Source: Deferribacterales bacterium
Lineage (GTDB): Bacteria; Chrysiogenota; Deferribacteres; Deferribacterales; Geovibrionaceae
DNA length: 64,000 nucleotides
Reading direction: 5' to 3'
Assembly (NCBI GenBank): GCA_050251875.1
Contig: JBFWMA010000001.1
Coordinates: forward strand, 454,263 to 518,262
Part shown: piece after piece, positions 53,421 through 62,916 of the stretch
How positions within the stretch are numbered: the stretch's first letter is position 1
Layout: each line of letters begins with the position of its first letter
Program-made: the position numbers and the translations under genes
The notes under the pieces: generated by a model
Databases searched by the model: none
The model's input: the letters and a program-made list of their open reading frames with translations, nothing else
Told to the model about the DNA's origin: nothing

Positions 53421-54017
53421 TTACTTCTGGTTTCCTGAGGGGTTGTTTTTGTAGTAGTCTTTCATTTTAACGGGATCGGGAACCATAGTGTCTTTGCCGG
53501 GTGTCCAGCCTGCGGGGCATACTTCGCCGTGTTTGCGCACGAACTGAAGAGCGTCAAGGTTTCTGAGGATTTCAGTAACGTTTCTGCCTATGCCGAGATC
53601 GTGGATAAGCTCGAACTGAACTTTGCCTTCGGGATCGATGATGAATGTAGCTCTCAGAGCCATTCCGGGCTCAAGAAGAACGCCGTAGTCCTCGGAGATT
53701 TTTTTAGTGAAGTCAGCAACAAGGGGATAAGCGATGTCGCCGAGTCCACCCTCTGTTCTGGGAGTGTTAACCCATGCGAGGTGGCTGAATTTGCTGTCTG
53801 TGGAGACGCCGATGATCTGGGCGCCGCGTTTTACGAATTCTTCGTTAGCGTCTGACAGAGCTGTGATCTCTGTGGGGCATACGAATGTGAAATCGAGGGG
53901 GTAGAAGAAAAGAACAACCCATTTACCTTTGTAATCTTCAAGGCTTACGTTGCTGAAGTTTTTGTTAAGTACAGCTTCTGCTGTGAATGCGGGAGCAAGT
54001 TTTGTTACAAGACTCAT
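53421..54017 (-). CDS. ahpC: Typical 2-Cys peroxiredoxin
   Basis: [29 protein letters not shown] before the ATG at 54017. Confidence 0.95.
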   Translation of the reverse strand: MSLVTKLAPAFTAEAVLNKNFSNVSLEDYKGKWVVLFFYPLDFTFVCPTEITALSDANEEFVKRGAQIIGVSTDSKFSHLAWVNTPRTEGGLGDIAYPLVADFTKKISEDYGVLLEPGMALRATFIIDPEGKVQFELIHDLGIGRNVTEILRNLDALQFVRKHGEVCPAGWTPGKDTMVPDPVKMKDYYKNNPSGNQK

Positions 54018-54168
54018 TATTATTCCTCCTGTCAAATCTGGTTAAGTGATAAATTTTATTAACTGTATCCCTATTTAAGCAGGATGTCAATATAAAAATG
54101 AGATGAAATATGTCTTTTTAAAGTTCAGAATATAACAGGAAAGTATCAGGACAAAAAGATATTAAGTA

Positions 54169-54606
54169 TCAGATATTAACTTTTTTTTCCCTGTTGCCGC
54201 GCACTTCGTTCAGGTGAGCGTCCCAGACTATTTTGCTGAGGATATTTTCGTTTCTGACTGCCAGATTTACGAATTTCAGCCCTGCTCTGGTGGGTGTCGC
54301 CCAGACAACCTGTGCTTTGATGGGTGTCATTTCATATTTATTGCTCATGAAATAAGCGTATTCGCAGGAAAGACACTGGGTATTAGTCAGACAGTTTTTT
54401 GTCCGCAGTTCCACCATGTCGCCCTGACGGAGAATATTTTTGTGAGAGACGCATACGCCGCCCATTGCCACGTCAACTGTTTTGGTTACGAAACATGAGC
54501 TTTCGTCAGCATGTTTTTCGCCGGGATGTAGTATTGCAGTTACGCAGAAATCAAGTGAGAGCTTTACACGCATGCTCTCTCTTCTGTTTGTGTTAGAGTT
54601 AGTCAT
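54169..54606 (-). CDS. PilZ-domain protein
   Basis: RRESMR (RxxxR), DVAMGG, AQVVW, AGLKF. Confidence 0.78.
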   Translation of the reverse strand: MTNSNTNRRESMRVKLSLDFCVTAILHPGEKHADESSCFVTKTVDVAMGGVCVSHKNILRQGDMVELRTKNCLTNTQCLSCEYAYFMSNKYEMTPIKAQVVWATPTRAGLKFVNLAVRNENILSKIVWDAHLNEVRGNREKKVNI

Positions 54607-54673
54607 GCTTACCTACCTTTTCTGGTAGTAATATCGGCAAAAACTATAAATATGTAAAGGGGAAAGTTAAATG

Positions 54674-55993
54674 CTATCCCTTATTAAATATAGTATTAAC
54701 GTATTGCGCAATAATTTCAGCGTGATCGAACGCTAAGTTTTCAGGCAGTGCATTAACCGGGTAAAAAACAGCATTCTTGGCGTCATCGCCAGCCACCGGA
54801 TCCATGTCTGTATCGGCGTAGTAAACGGCGGAAGCGGTGTGTCCTCTCTTGTCCCTTTTCGGGTCGGAATAGATGCCGAGCAGCTCCACCTTGTCCACTT
54901 TGATTCCTGTTTCCTCGAACAGCTCACGGACAGCGGCGTCCTCCACCTTCTCTCCGTAGTCAACGAATCCGCCGGGGATAGCCCAGCCGTGGGGTTCGTT
55001 CTTGCGTTCTATCAGCAGGATGCTGTCGCCTTTTCTGGCTATAACGTCCGCCGCCAGTTTGGGTGTGTAGAGAAAGAATCGTCCGTATTTGAATTTCAGC
55101 GCCTGATAGATGCTCTCGCAGTAGGGCGCTTTTCTGCCGTGTTTTTCCAGAGTGTCTATGACGGGTTTCAATATGCCGTCTATCTCAGGCTTTCTGTTCT
55201 TTTCTATGTCCTGAAGCATGCTGGTTTTGTATGTTTCCAGCGCTGTGCGGTATTTTATCTTATCCCGCCACTGTTCTTCCGTAATGACGACACCTTCGCA
55301 CGCGGCGGCGTCCACCACCTCTTTCACCATGTTTTCCATCAGCGATGACAGACCGGGGTCTTTTATCATCGGTCCGCATGCGCTTAAGAGCAGGGCGGAG
55401 AGGGGGTTATAGGCAACATTCCACACCAGCTTAAGCCAGATGGTGTGCGCTATGTCTGGGCTGAGGTTGTTGAAAATTCTGCTGTTGTCGAGAATCTCTT
55501 TGAATACCGGTTCCAGCGCCTTTCCTTTTTCGGAGATCGCTCCGAAAACACATTCGCCTGTGCTGTCCTGATTTATAGTTCCTGCCGGATCGACCCACGA
55601 GGCTATGAACAGGCTGCCCGCTATGGTGCGGTCTGTTCCGAAATATTTTGCCAGCAGGTACGGACCCTCCACGCCGTTATGAAAAGACACGGCGAATCCG
55701 TCATCAGACAGGTTGTCTTTCAGCGCCATGCACATGCTCTCTGTGTCGTGGAGTTTTGCGGAGAAGATAATGATATCGAAAATACCCTCAGCTTTTCCCA
55801 CGGCTTTCACCGGGATGTTTTTCTCTCCGTGGCTGGTGCTCTTCATCCGGAGCAGTCCGGTGTTTTTCATAGCGTCCAGATGTTTTCCTCTGGCGAGAAA
55901 TGTTACGTCATATCCGGCGTCTGCCATTAGTCCGCCGTAAAAGCTGCCTATGGCTCCGGCGCCTGCGATAAGGATTTTTTTGTCTGATTTCAT
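54674..55993 (-). CDS. Ketopantoate reductase (PanE/ApbA) fused to a C-terminal Nudix hydrolase
   Basis: GAGAIG, WLKL.WN, TSMLQD, PEID; Nudix box GGFVDYGEKVEDAAVRELFEETGI. Confidence 0.88.
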   Translation of the reverse strand: MKSDKKILIAGAGAIGSFYGGLMADAGYDVTFLARGKHLDAMKNTGLLRMKSTSHGEKNIPVKAVGKAEGIFDIIIFSAKLHDTESMCMALKDNLSDDGFAVSFHNGVEGPYLLAKYFGTDRTIAGSLFIASWVDPAGTINQDSTGECVFGAISEKGKALEPVFKEILDNSRIFNNLSPDIAHTIWLKLVWNVAYNPLSALLLSACGPMIKDPGLSSLMENMVKEVVDAAACEGVVITEEQWRDKIKYRTALETYKTSMLQDIEKNRKPEIDGILKPVIDTLEKHGRKAPYCESIYQALKFKYGRFFLYTPKLAADVIARKGDSILLIERKNEPHGWAIPGGFVDYGEKVEDAAVRELFEETGIKVDKVELLGIYSDPKRDKRGHTASAVYYADTDMDPVAGDDAKNAVFYPVNALPENLAFDHAEIIAQYVNTIFNKG

Positions 55994-56049
55994 AAGCGTG
56001 ATCCATCCAATAAAAAATTAAGCACAGGTTTTTTGCCTGTGCTTAAAAG

Positions 56050-58452
56050 TTATTTGAAGACGACCTCGTTTCCTGTCACGGTCGCCTTGATGTTCTTCCG
56101 GTTCGAGAACTTGTTGTTCAGCAGCATGTCGCTGAGCGGGTCTTCTATCAGAGACTGAAGCAGACGCCTGATGGGTCTCGCTCCGTAGTTATAGTCATAT
56201 TCGTGGCTCAGTATATGCTCTCTGACTGTATCGTCTATGGATATCTGTTTGCCGATATCCGCCAGTCTTTCGTTGATCTCCGCCAGCTGAAGATCGATGA
56301 TCTCGTAGAGAACCTCTTTCGACAGGGGTTTGAAGACTATCAGCTTGTCCACCCTGTTGATGAATTCCGGCGGGAATCTGTCTTTCAGCTCTTTGTTGGC
56401 GTTGCTGCTGAATGTACCGTAATCTATGCCTTCTGTTTTGCCCTGTTCGAATCCCAGAGCTTTTCTGTTCAGAGTCAGCTTGGTTCCGAGGTTAGACGTC
56501 ATGATTACTATGGTATTTTTAAAGTTAACCTTGTGTCCCAGATTATCGTTGATATGTCCGTCATCCAGTATCTGGAGCAGAATATTCAGAACTTCCGGGT
56601 GCGCCTTCTCTATCTCGTCAAAGAGAACAACGCAGTAGGGTTTTCTGCGCACCATTTCGGTTAGCTTTCCGCCCTCTTCATAGCCGACATATCCGGGAGG
56701 CGCTCCCACCAGAGTGGATGCGTTGAACCTCTCCATATATTCGCTCATGTCTATGCGGATCAGGGCGCTTTCGGATCCGAAAACGATCTCGGCGAGTTTT
56801 TTCGCCACTTCTGTTTTTCCCACGCCTGTGGGACCCATGAAGATGAACGAACCGAGTGGGCGTTTCGGGTTGGAGAGTCCGGCGAAACTGCGTTTAACAG
56901 ATTTTGCCAGCGCTTCCACCGCTTCGTCCTGTCCTATTATATGTTTCTTAATGTCTTTATCTATGTGTGCTATTTTTACCTTGTCATCCTGCTGGAGCTT
57001 CTGCACGGGTATACCCGTCATGTGCGCCACGACTTCGCTGATGTTTTCCACTGTGAGTGTGGGCCAGTTGTCGTCCAGCTCTTTCTGCCATATCTTTTCT
57101 GATTCGGCAGTTTTCTTCGCCAGTTTTTCAACGTTTCTGGAGAATTTTTCTATGTCTTCATAGTCGTTGTTGCGCAGTTTTTCGTCACGGATTTCTTTCG
57201 CCTCAGTCAGCTTTACTTTCAGCTTGTGCAGAGAGGCGGGGAGCTGACGCACCCTGAGTTTGAGCCGTGAGCATGCTTCATCCAGAACATCGATACTCTT
57301 GTCCGGCTGAAACTTGTCGGTGATGTATCTCTCTGTGAGTCTTGCGATCTCTTCCAGAACATCGTGGCTGATGAATACCTTGTGGAAATCCTCATAATAT
57401 CTCTTGATGCCCGCCAGTATGTCCACTGTGGCGGATACGCCGGGCTGATCCACGCTGATGGTCTGGAAGCGGCGGTTAAGAGCGCCGTCTTTCTCGAAAT
57501 TTTTGCGGTATTCGTTCAGCGTTGTTGCGCCGATACACTGGAAAACGCCTCTGGCGAGAGCCGGTTTCAGCATGTTGGAGGCGTCTATGGAACCTTCAGC
57601 GGCGCCCGCTCCGACCATGGTGTGTATCTCGTCTATAAATATAATGACGTTGCCGTCTGTCTCTATCTCTTTAATGAGGTTTTTCATCCTCTCTTCGAAC
57701 TGACCTCTGTATTTGGTTCCGGCAACCACGTTGCCCAGCTCCAGCGATATCAGACGTTTGTCCTTGAGAAAATCGGGAATATCCTCGGAAACCATGCGCA
57801 GAGCCAGACCTTCCACTATGGCTGTCTTGCCCACGCCGGGCTCGCCTATTATCACGGCGTTGTTTTTGATACGTCTGCCGAGAATCTGGATGAGCCTTTC
57901 TATCTCTCTCTCACGTCCGATGACGGGATCCAGCTTGCCTTCTCTGGCCTGCTGTGTCATGTCTCGTCCGAATTCGTCTATGGTGGGTGTGGACTGAGAG
58001 CCCGCTTTTTTGGTGTATGTCTTCATCAGTCCGGATATCTCCTCACGCAGGGAGACTATCTCCAGTCCCAGCTTGGAGAGGATCATGGACGCTTTGCCCT
58101 TCTTCTCTTTCAGCAGACCCAGAAGGATATGCTCTGTGTTGACATATTTTGTATTAAGGATTTTTGCCTCGTCCACGGCATAGTCCAGAACGTTCTTGCC
58201 GTTGGGGCTGAAAGGCAGGCTGCCTTTTATCATGAGATTGCGTCCCTTCTCGCTCATGCTGGTGACGTCATTCATCAGCATGGTGACATCTATACCCCTC
58301 CTGGTGAAAATTTCGGAGGCGATGCCGGAACGCTCTCTGAGCAGACCCATAAGGATATGCTCTGTATCTATGGAGGACTGCATCAGTTTTTCTGAAGCCT
58401 CCCTCGCGAAAATTATTACTCTTCTTGCTCTATCGGTAAATAATTCAAACAT
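56050..58452 (-). CDS. clpC: ATP-dependent Clp protease ATPase, ClpC-like
   Basis: Duplicated Clp-N domain; GEPGVGKT and GPTGVGKT; short middle coiled coil; LGF ClpP-binding loop. Confidence 0.9.
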   Translation of the reverse strand: MFELFTDRARRVIIFAREASEKLMQSSIDTEHILMGLLRERSGIASEIFTRRGIDVTMLMNDVTSMSEKGRNLMIKGSLPFSPNGKNVLDYAVDEAKILNTKYVNTEHILLGLLKEKKGKASMILSKLGLEIVSLREEISGLMKTYTKKAGSQSTPTIDEFGRDMTQQAREGKLDPVIGREREIERLIQILGRRIKNNAVIIGEPGVGKTAIVEGLALRMVSEDIPDFLKDKRLISLELGNVVAGTKYRGQFEERMKNLIKEIETDGNVIIFIDEIHTMVGAGAAEGSIDASNMLKPALARGVFQCIGATTLNEYRKNFEKDGALNRRFQTISVDQPGVSATVDILAGIKRYYEDFHKVFISHDVLEEIARLTERYITDKFQPDKSIDVLDEACSRLKLRVRQLPASLHKLKVKLTEAKEIRDEKLRNNDYEDIEKFSRNVEKLAKKTAESEKIWQKELDDNWPTLTVENISEVVAHMTGIPVQKLQQDDKVKIAHIDKDIKKHIIGQDEAVEALAKSVKRSFAGLSNPKRPLGSFIFMGPTGVGKTEVAKKLAEIVFGSESALIRIDMSEYMERFNASTLVGAPPGYVGYEEGGKLTEMVRRKPYCVVLFDEIEKAHPEVLNILLQILDDGHINDNLGHKVNFKNTIVIMTSNLGTKLTLNRKALGFEQGKTEGIDYGTFSSNANKELKDRFPPEFINRVDKLIVFKPLSKEVLYEIIDLQLAEINERLADIGKQISIDDTVREHILSHEYDYNYGARPIRRLLQSLIEDPLSDMLLNNKFSNRKNIKATVTGNEVVFK

Positions 58453-58629
58453 GTTCACTCAACCTTATCAATAATTAATTTATTATAAGTGGTTCATGGG
58501 TATATTCGCAATACTAAATGTTATTTAAGAATATATAACCGGACATATACGGTCGCAATAAAGAATTGGGTTGACACATATGACCTCTGCCGTAATAATA
58601 ATATAAGTAACTTGTATCAGGGGTGTTTT

Positions 58630-59169
58630 ATGACGAACAAAAATCTTTTCGCGGTTACTCTGATCGCGGCGGACAGACCCGGAATAGTTGCAGCGGTATC
58701 AAAGATTTTCTTTGAGAACAGCTTTAACATCGAGGACTCCAGCTCCACCCTTCTTCAGGGATTTTTCTCTGCTATTTTCATAGTGAGCAAAGACGGAGTG
58801 GATGCTGACGGCGTTAAGAAGATGTTCATGCCTCTGGAAAAAACAATGAACATAGATATTCATGTACAGGAGATGAGCGAGGCGGGCGTGAGACCCGTGG
58901 GCGAGCATTTCATCATATCCGTATACGGCTCGGACAAACCCGGGATAGTGAACAAAGTGGCTGAATATCTGGCTAATAAAGAGATCAATATCCTCGATCT
59001 TCAGACAAAGGTTGCGGGATCTGAAAAAAGTCCTATATATCTTATGGTTCTCGAGGTGGTTATCGATCCGAAAATGATGGGCACCGGCTGGGATGACGAT
59101 CTGAAAAAAATATCCAGAGATATGGGTACAGACGTTAACATAAGACAGATAGAAACATACGAGTTTTAA
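58630..59169 (+). CDS. Tandem ACT-domain protein (GcvR-like)
   Basis: ADRPGIV and SDKPGIV repeats. Confidence 0.85.
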   Translation: MTNKNLFAVTLIAADRPGIVAAVSKIFFENSFNIEDSSSTLLQGFFSAIFIVSKDGVDADGVKKMFMPLEKTMNIDIHVQEMSEAGVRPVGEHFIISVYGSDKPGIVNKVAEYLANKEINILDLQTKVAGSEKSPIYLMVLEVVIDPKMMGTGWDDDLKKISRDMGTDVNIRQIETYEF

Positions 59170-59172
59170 CGA

Positions 59173-59676
59173 ATGGCAGTCAGAGAAGTATTAGTGTATC
59201 CGGATCCCCGCCTGAAAGAGATGGCGGAGGATGTGACAGAAATAGATGATTATGTCCGCCAGGTCATAACAGACCTGACAGACACAATGGAAGCGTCAGG
59301 ACACTCCACAGGGATAGCCGCCACACAGATAGGCGAAAACATCCGGGTGGTGGTCGCGGACGCGTCAAAAAACGCCAAGTGCGAAAACCACCACGGCAGA
59401 CTTGTTCTCATTAACCCCGAGATAATAAAGTGGGAGGGCATGATATCCTTTCGTGAGGGATGCATGAGCGTGCCCGACTACACCGGAAACGTGAACAGAG
59501 CGAAGAAGATTCTTCTGCGTTATCATGACGAGAGTTTTGAGCAGAAGGTGATAGAGGCGGAGGATTTTGAGGCTGTGCTTCTTCAGCACGAGACAGACCA
59601 TCTGGAAGGGACTCTCTTTCTGGACAGGGTTATATCAAAAAGAACCGACCTGTTCCGCCGGAAAAAGTTTAAATAG
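59173..59676 (+). CDS. def: Peptide deformylase
   Basis: GIAATQIG, EGCMS, QHETDHL. Confidence 0.95.
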   Translation: MAVREVLVYPDPRLKEMAEDVTEIDDYVRQVITDLTDTMEASGHSTGIAATQIGENIRVVVADASKNAKCENHHGRLVLINPEIIKWEGMISFREGCMSVPDYTGNVNRAKKILLRYHDESFEQKVIEAEDFEAVLLQHETDHLEGTLFLDRVISKRTDLFRRKKFK

Positions 59677-59817
59677 GACTTTTATTGTCTTTAAGTAATT
59701 CTTGATTATGTGTTCAACTTTGTATATAATTTGTCAAATTACTAAATAGACAAAGCAAAAATGATTTTACGATTCTGTGTAAACCTCATTATTTGACAGT
59801 TATATAGGATTATTTTT

Positions 59818-61767
59818 ATGCGTGACGATCGTTACTGTGATTTTTTTAAAAGACTTGCCCTTAACATGCTGTATTACTCTTTTTCGGACGGCAGAGTCGA
59901 TATTCCGGATTCTGAACTCACCGATGATTTCCTGTCGAATACAGGCATAGACTTTTCTGATAAACTATTCAATTCATGGATTATAAATAACGCCAATCAT
60001 GTCAGCGGAGAGGAGCAGTTTCAGTCCGAATATTTCTGCCGCCGCACGAACAGATGGTTCTGTGTCAGAACCGTTAAGGACGAAGAGGGCGTGTACGCCT
60101 CTGTCTTCAGCGATGTCACAGACTATAAAACATCTGAGGAGCACCTCAGAACCCTTATCAACTCCACTCCGGATATCATCTGCTTTAAAGACGGACAGGG
60201 AAGATGGCTGGAGGCTAACGCCAGCAATCTGGAGGTTTTTTCTCTCACCGGGGTTGATTACAGAGGAAAGACGGATTCCGCTCTGGCGGATTTTACGCCG
60301 GCGTTTTACAGAGATGCTTTCATGGGGTGCGAAAGTACTGACGAGAAAGCGTGGCAGAACAAAACAACCAGCCACATGGAAGAATATATCCCCAGAGTGA
60401 CCGGAGAACAGAGAGTGTTTGACGTGGTTAAAGTGCCTCTTTTTTATGATGAGGCGAAGACAGAGAGAAAGGGACTTGTGGTTCTGGGGCGTGATATCAC
60501 CGACAGAAAAGAGGCGGAGAACCAGATCAAACGTCAGTCCGCTTTTATTAACTCACTTCTGGACAGTGTGCCCGACCTGATCTTTTACAAGGATCTGGAC
60601 GGATATTATGTTCTGTGCAATCCCGCTTTTTCAGAGTTCGTCGGTGTGCCTGTGGAAGATATAATTGGCAGGACGGACTATGACCTGTTTCCGGCGGACG
60701 TGGCGGAAGAGTTTGTGGCGCATGATAAAAAGATGATAGGGATAAGAAAATCCAGACAGAACAACGAGTGGGTTTCATATCCTGACGGTTCCAGAAAGCT
60801 GCTGTTCACCCTGAAAACACCCTATTATGACAAAGACGGAAATATCATCGGCGTGCTGGGCATCAGCCGGGATATCACCGAGCTGGATAAAAAGACCGCC
60901 GAGCTGGAGAAGCTGAACAGCACTCTGGAAGAGAACATCAGCACAGAAGTGGAAAAGAACAGACAGTATGAGCAGATATTCTATAATCAGAAAAAACTGG
61001 CGGATATGGGAAGGCTGATGAGCTCCATATCCCACCACTGGCGCCAGCCTCTGAACGCCATCGGGCTCTATATTCAGGATATGTGCCAGGGATACACAGA
61101 CAACACGCTGGACGATATTTATGTCGAGCGGTTCGGCAGAGAGACCATGCACCTTGTGGACAGTCTTTCATGCACCATAGACAATTTCAGAAACTTTTTC
61201 AGACCCAGCGCCGAAATGGAAAATTTTGAGGTGGCGGGCGATATCTATGAGCTTCTCCTGATTTTGCAGGCGGAGATGATTCACCATAATATATTCCTGT
61301 CCTTTACCTGCGCATGCGACAGAGAGACTTTTGTCAGTGAAAACCTGACTCTGGTTCCGAAATGCAGATTTGCCGGAACGGAGGTCAGAGGATATAAAGA
61401 CGAGTTCAACCAGGCTATGCTGAACATCCTTCAGAACGCTATGGATGCCAGTATGGAGGCTATCAAAGGCGGGATGACAGGCAGAGGACGGGTGGAAGTC
61501 CGTCTGGACGTTTCCGCAGATTCTGTGAAAATATCCGTCTATAACAAGGGATACACCATTCCGGACAGCATCGCCGACAAGATTTTTGACCCCTATTTCA
61601 CCACGAAAAAGGACGGAAGAGGCACCGGAATCGGACTTTTCAACGCAAAAGTGGTGATAGAGAGCTATATGCTCGGCAGTGTTTCTTTCGAAAACAGACC
61701 GGACGGCGTTGTCTTCATCATCGACATACCGAAAAAAATAACCGTTACTCCGCCAACACCATGCTGA
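59818..61767 (+). CDS. Cytoplasmic multi-PAS sensor histidine kinase
   Basis: PAS/PAC repeats (RDITDRK, RDIT); H-box SHHWRQPLN; N box; FDPYFTTK..GTGIGL. Confidence 0.9.
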   Translation: MRDDRYCDFFKRLALNMLYYSFSDGRVDIPDSELTDDFLSNTGIDFSDKLFNSWIINNANHVSGEEQFQSEYFCRRTNRWFCVRTVKDEEGVYASVFSDVTDYKTSEEHLRTLINSTPDIICFKDGQGRWLEANASNLEVFSLTGVDYRGKTDSALADFTPAFYRDAFMGCESTDEKAWQNKTTSHMEEYIPRVTGEQRVFDVVKVPLFYDEAKTERKGLVVLGRDITDRKEAENQIKRQSAFINSLLDSVPDLIFYKDLDGYYVLCNPAFSEFVGVPVEDIIGRTDYDLFPADVAEEFVAHDKKMIGIRKSRQNNEWVSYPDGSRKLLFTLKTPYYDKDGNIIGVLGISRDITELDKKTAELEKLNSTLEENISTEVEKNRQYEQIFYNQKKLADMGRLMSSISHHWRQPLNAIGLYIQDMCQGYTDNTLDDIYVERFGRETMHLVDSLSCTIDNFRNFFRPSAEMENFEVAGDIYELLLILQAEMIHHNIFLSFTCACDRETFVSENLTLVPKCRFAGTEVRGYKDEFNQAMLNILQNAMDASMEAIKGGMTGRGRVEVRLDVSADSVKISVYNKGYTIPDSIADKIFDPYFTTKKDGRGTGIGLFNAKVVIESYMLGSVSFENRPDGVVFIIDIPKKITVTPPTPC

Positions 61768-61867
61768 CGGGTCTTTCCTGTTTTTTCAGTCCGCCGGAGT
61801 TGAATGTGAACAGCATCAGTATGCTGACGAATATCGCTGTGGCTATGCTTATTATATGTTTTTCCAT
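61745..61867 (-). CDS. 40-aa single-pass membrane microprotein
   Basis: AAGGAGG RBS shortly before the ATG; MEKHIISIATAIFVSILMLFTF hydrophobic helix; has its own -10 element. Confidence 0.6.
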   Translation of the reverse strand: MEKHIISIATAIFVSILMLFTFNSGGLKKQERPVSMVLAE

Positions 61868-61886
61868 GACTTCCTCCTTATAATTC

Positions 61887-61929
61887 AGAATAAAATAATC
61901 AAGCGTCAGGTTCTGTCGTGTGATATGAT
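61887..61929. promoter_or_regulatory. Divergent promoters with a WYL-type operator
   Basis: Imperfect palindrome AAGCGTC-N7-GTCGTGT (61901-61921); minus strand TGACGC-N10-TATTCT; plus strand TGnTATGAT. Confidence 0.6.
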
Positions 61930-61934
61930 CTTTT

Positions 61935-62843
61935 ATGAATAAATTATATGTGGCTCTGAACCTGATAAGACTTCTGAACGAGAACCGCCGTGTTACATCC
62001 CAGATGGTGGCGGAAGATATGAACATCAGCCTGCGCACGGCGCAGAGATATCTTTCCGAGATGAGCTATCTGCCGGGGGTGTGCTATGACGATGCCGGTC
62101 ATTGCTGGTATATGTCGGATAAGTACGGTCTGTCGGAGAGCTATCTGAAACAGGACGAGCTGGCTGTGCTGTCCGGTCTGTTCGATTATGCGGAAAATAT
62201 TCTCCAGAACGAATATTCCGGCACCCTGAGACGGATAAAAAAGAAGGTCATCTCAGCATCCAACCGTGAAAACATCATCCGCTTTCTAAAAGGCGACTCC
62301 ATAGATTTTGAAAAAATATCAGACATCTTTACCGATCTGGAAAACTGCATCCTGATGAAACAGGAGATCAGCTTTATCTATGAGAAAAACGGCAAAACAT
62401 ACACAGTGCTTCCATACCGCATAATATTCAGCGAGGGTTTCTGGTATCTGGCGGCGGGTAAGGACGGCTCAATCAGAAAATTCAGCCTCGACCTGATGTC
62501 CGGAGTGAAAACCACCGGAAAGGTGTATGACAAGCTGCCGGAAGGGCTGGACAGGGAGATAGACGGGGCGAAGAGCATATTTTTTGACCCGCATAACAAG
62601 AGGGACGTGGTGTGCCTGATGTCGAAAGACATGGCGGACTATATCCGGCGCAAACAGTTTTTCCCGCATCAGAAGACGATGGAAGAGCTGGCGGACGGTT
62701 CCGTGCGTTTCGGTTTTGTCTGCGGTTCCGCTCTGGAATGTTTTAAGCTGTGCGTCACATGGATTCCGCATATCCGCATCGAATCGCCTGCCGATTTTCA
62801 TGATTATTTCAAAGAAACGCTGAAACAGGCTTCCGCCGATTAA
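61935..62843 (+). CDS. wHTH-WYL-WCX transcriptional regulator (YafY/DriD/PafBC class)
   Basis: HTH ..VAEDMNISLRTAQRYL; PYRI...GFWYLA; WCX-like WIPHIRIESP. Confidence 0.92.
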   Translation: MNKLYVALNLIRLLNENRRVTSQMVAEDMNISLRTAQRYLSEMSYLPGVCYDDAGHCWYMSDKYGLSESYLKQDELAVLSGLFDYAENILQNEYSGTLRRIKKKVISASNRENIIRFLKGDSIDFEKISDIFTDLENCILMKQEISFIYEKNGKTYTVLPYRIIFSEGFWYLAAGKDGSIRKFSLDLMSGVKTTGKVYDKLPEGLDREIDGAKSIFFDPHNKRDVVCLMSKDMADYIRRKQFFPHQKTMEELADGSVRFGFVCGSALECFKLCVTWIPHIRIESPADFHDYFKETLKQASAD

Positions 62844-62916
62844 AAACCTATTGATATCTTCATCCCGGTTACAGATTATAGTTTATAGATATTGATTCTC
62901 ATTTAAGAGGTGTTCT

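Noticed and set aside
57364..58395. Long antisense ORFs (this one, 17261-18277, 6768-7733, 43398-44267 and others)
   Set aside because: Shadow frames opposite well-conserved genes, with no recognisable motifs.
61868..62038. 97-aa version of the small minus-strand ORF
   Set aside because: The upstream part overlaps the WYL gene and operator; the strong RBS supports the ATG at 61867.
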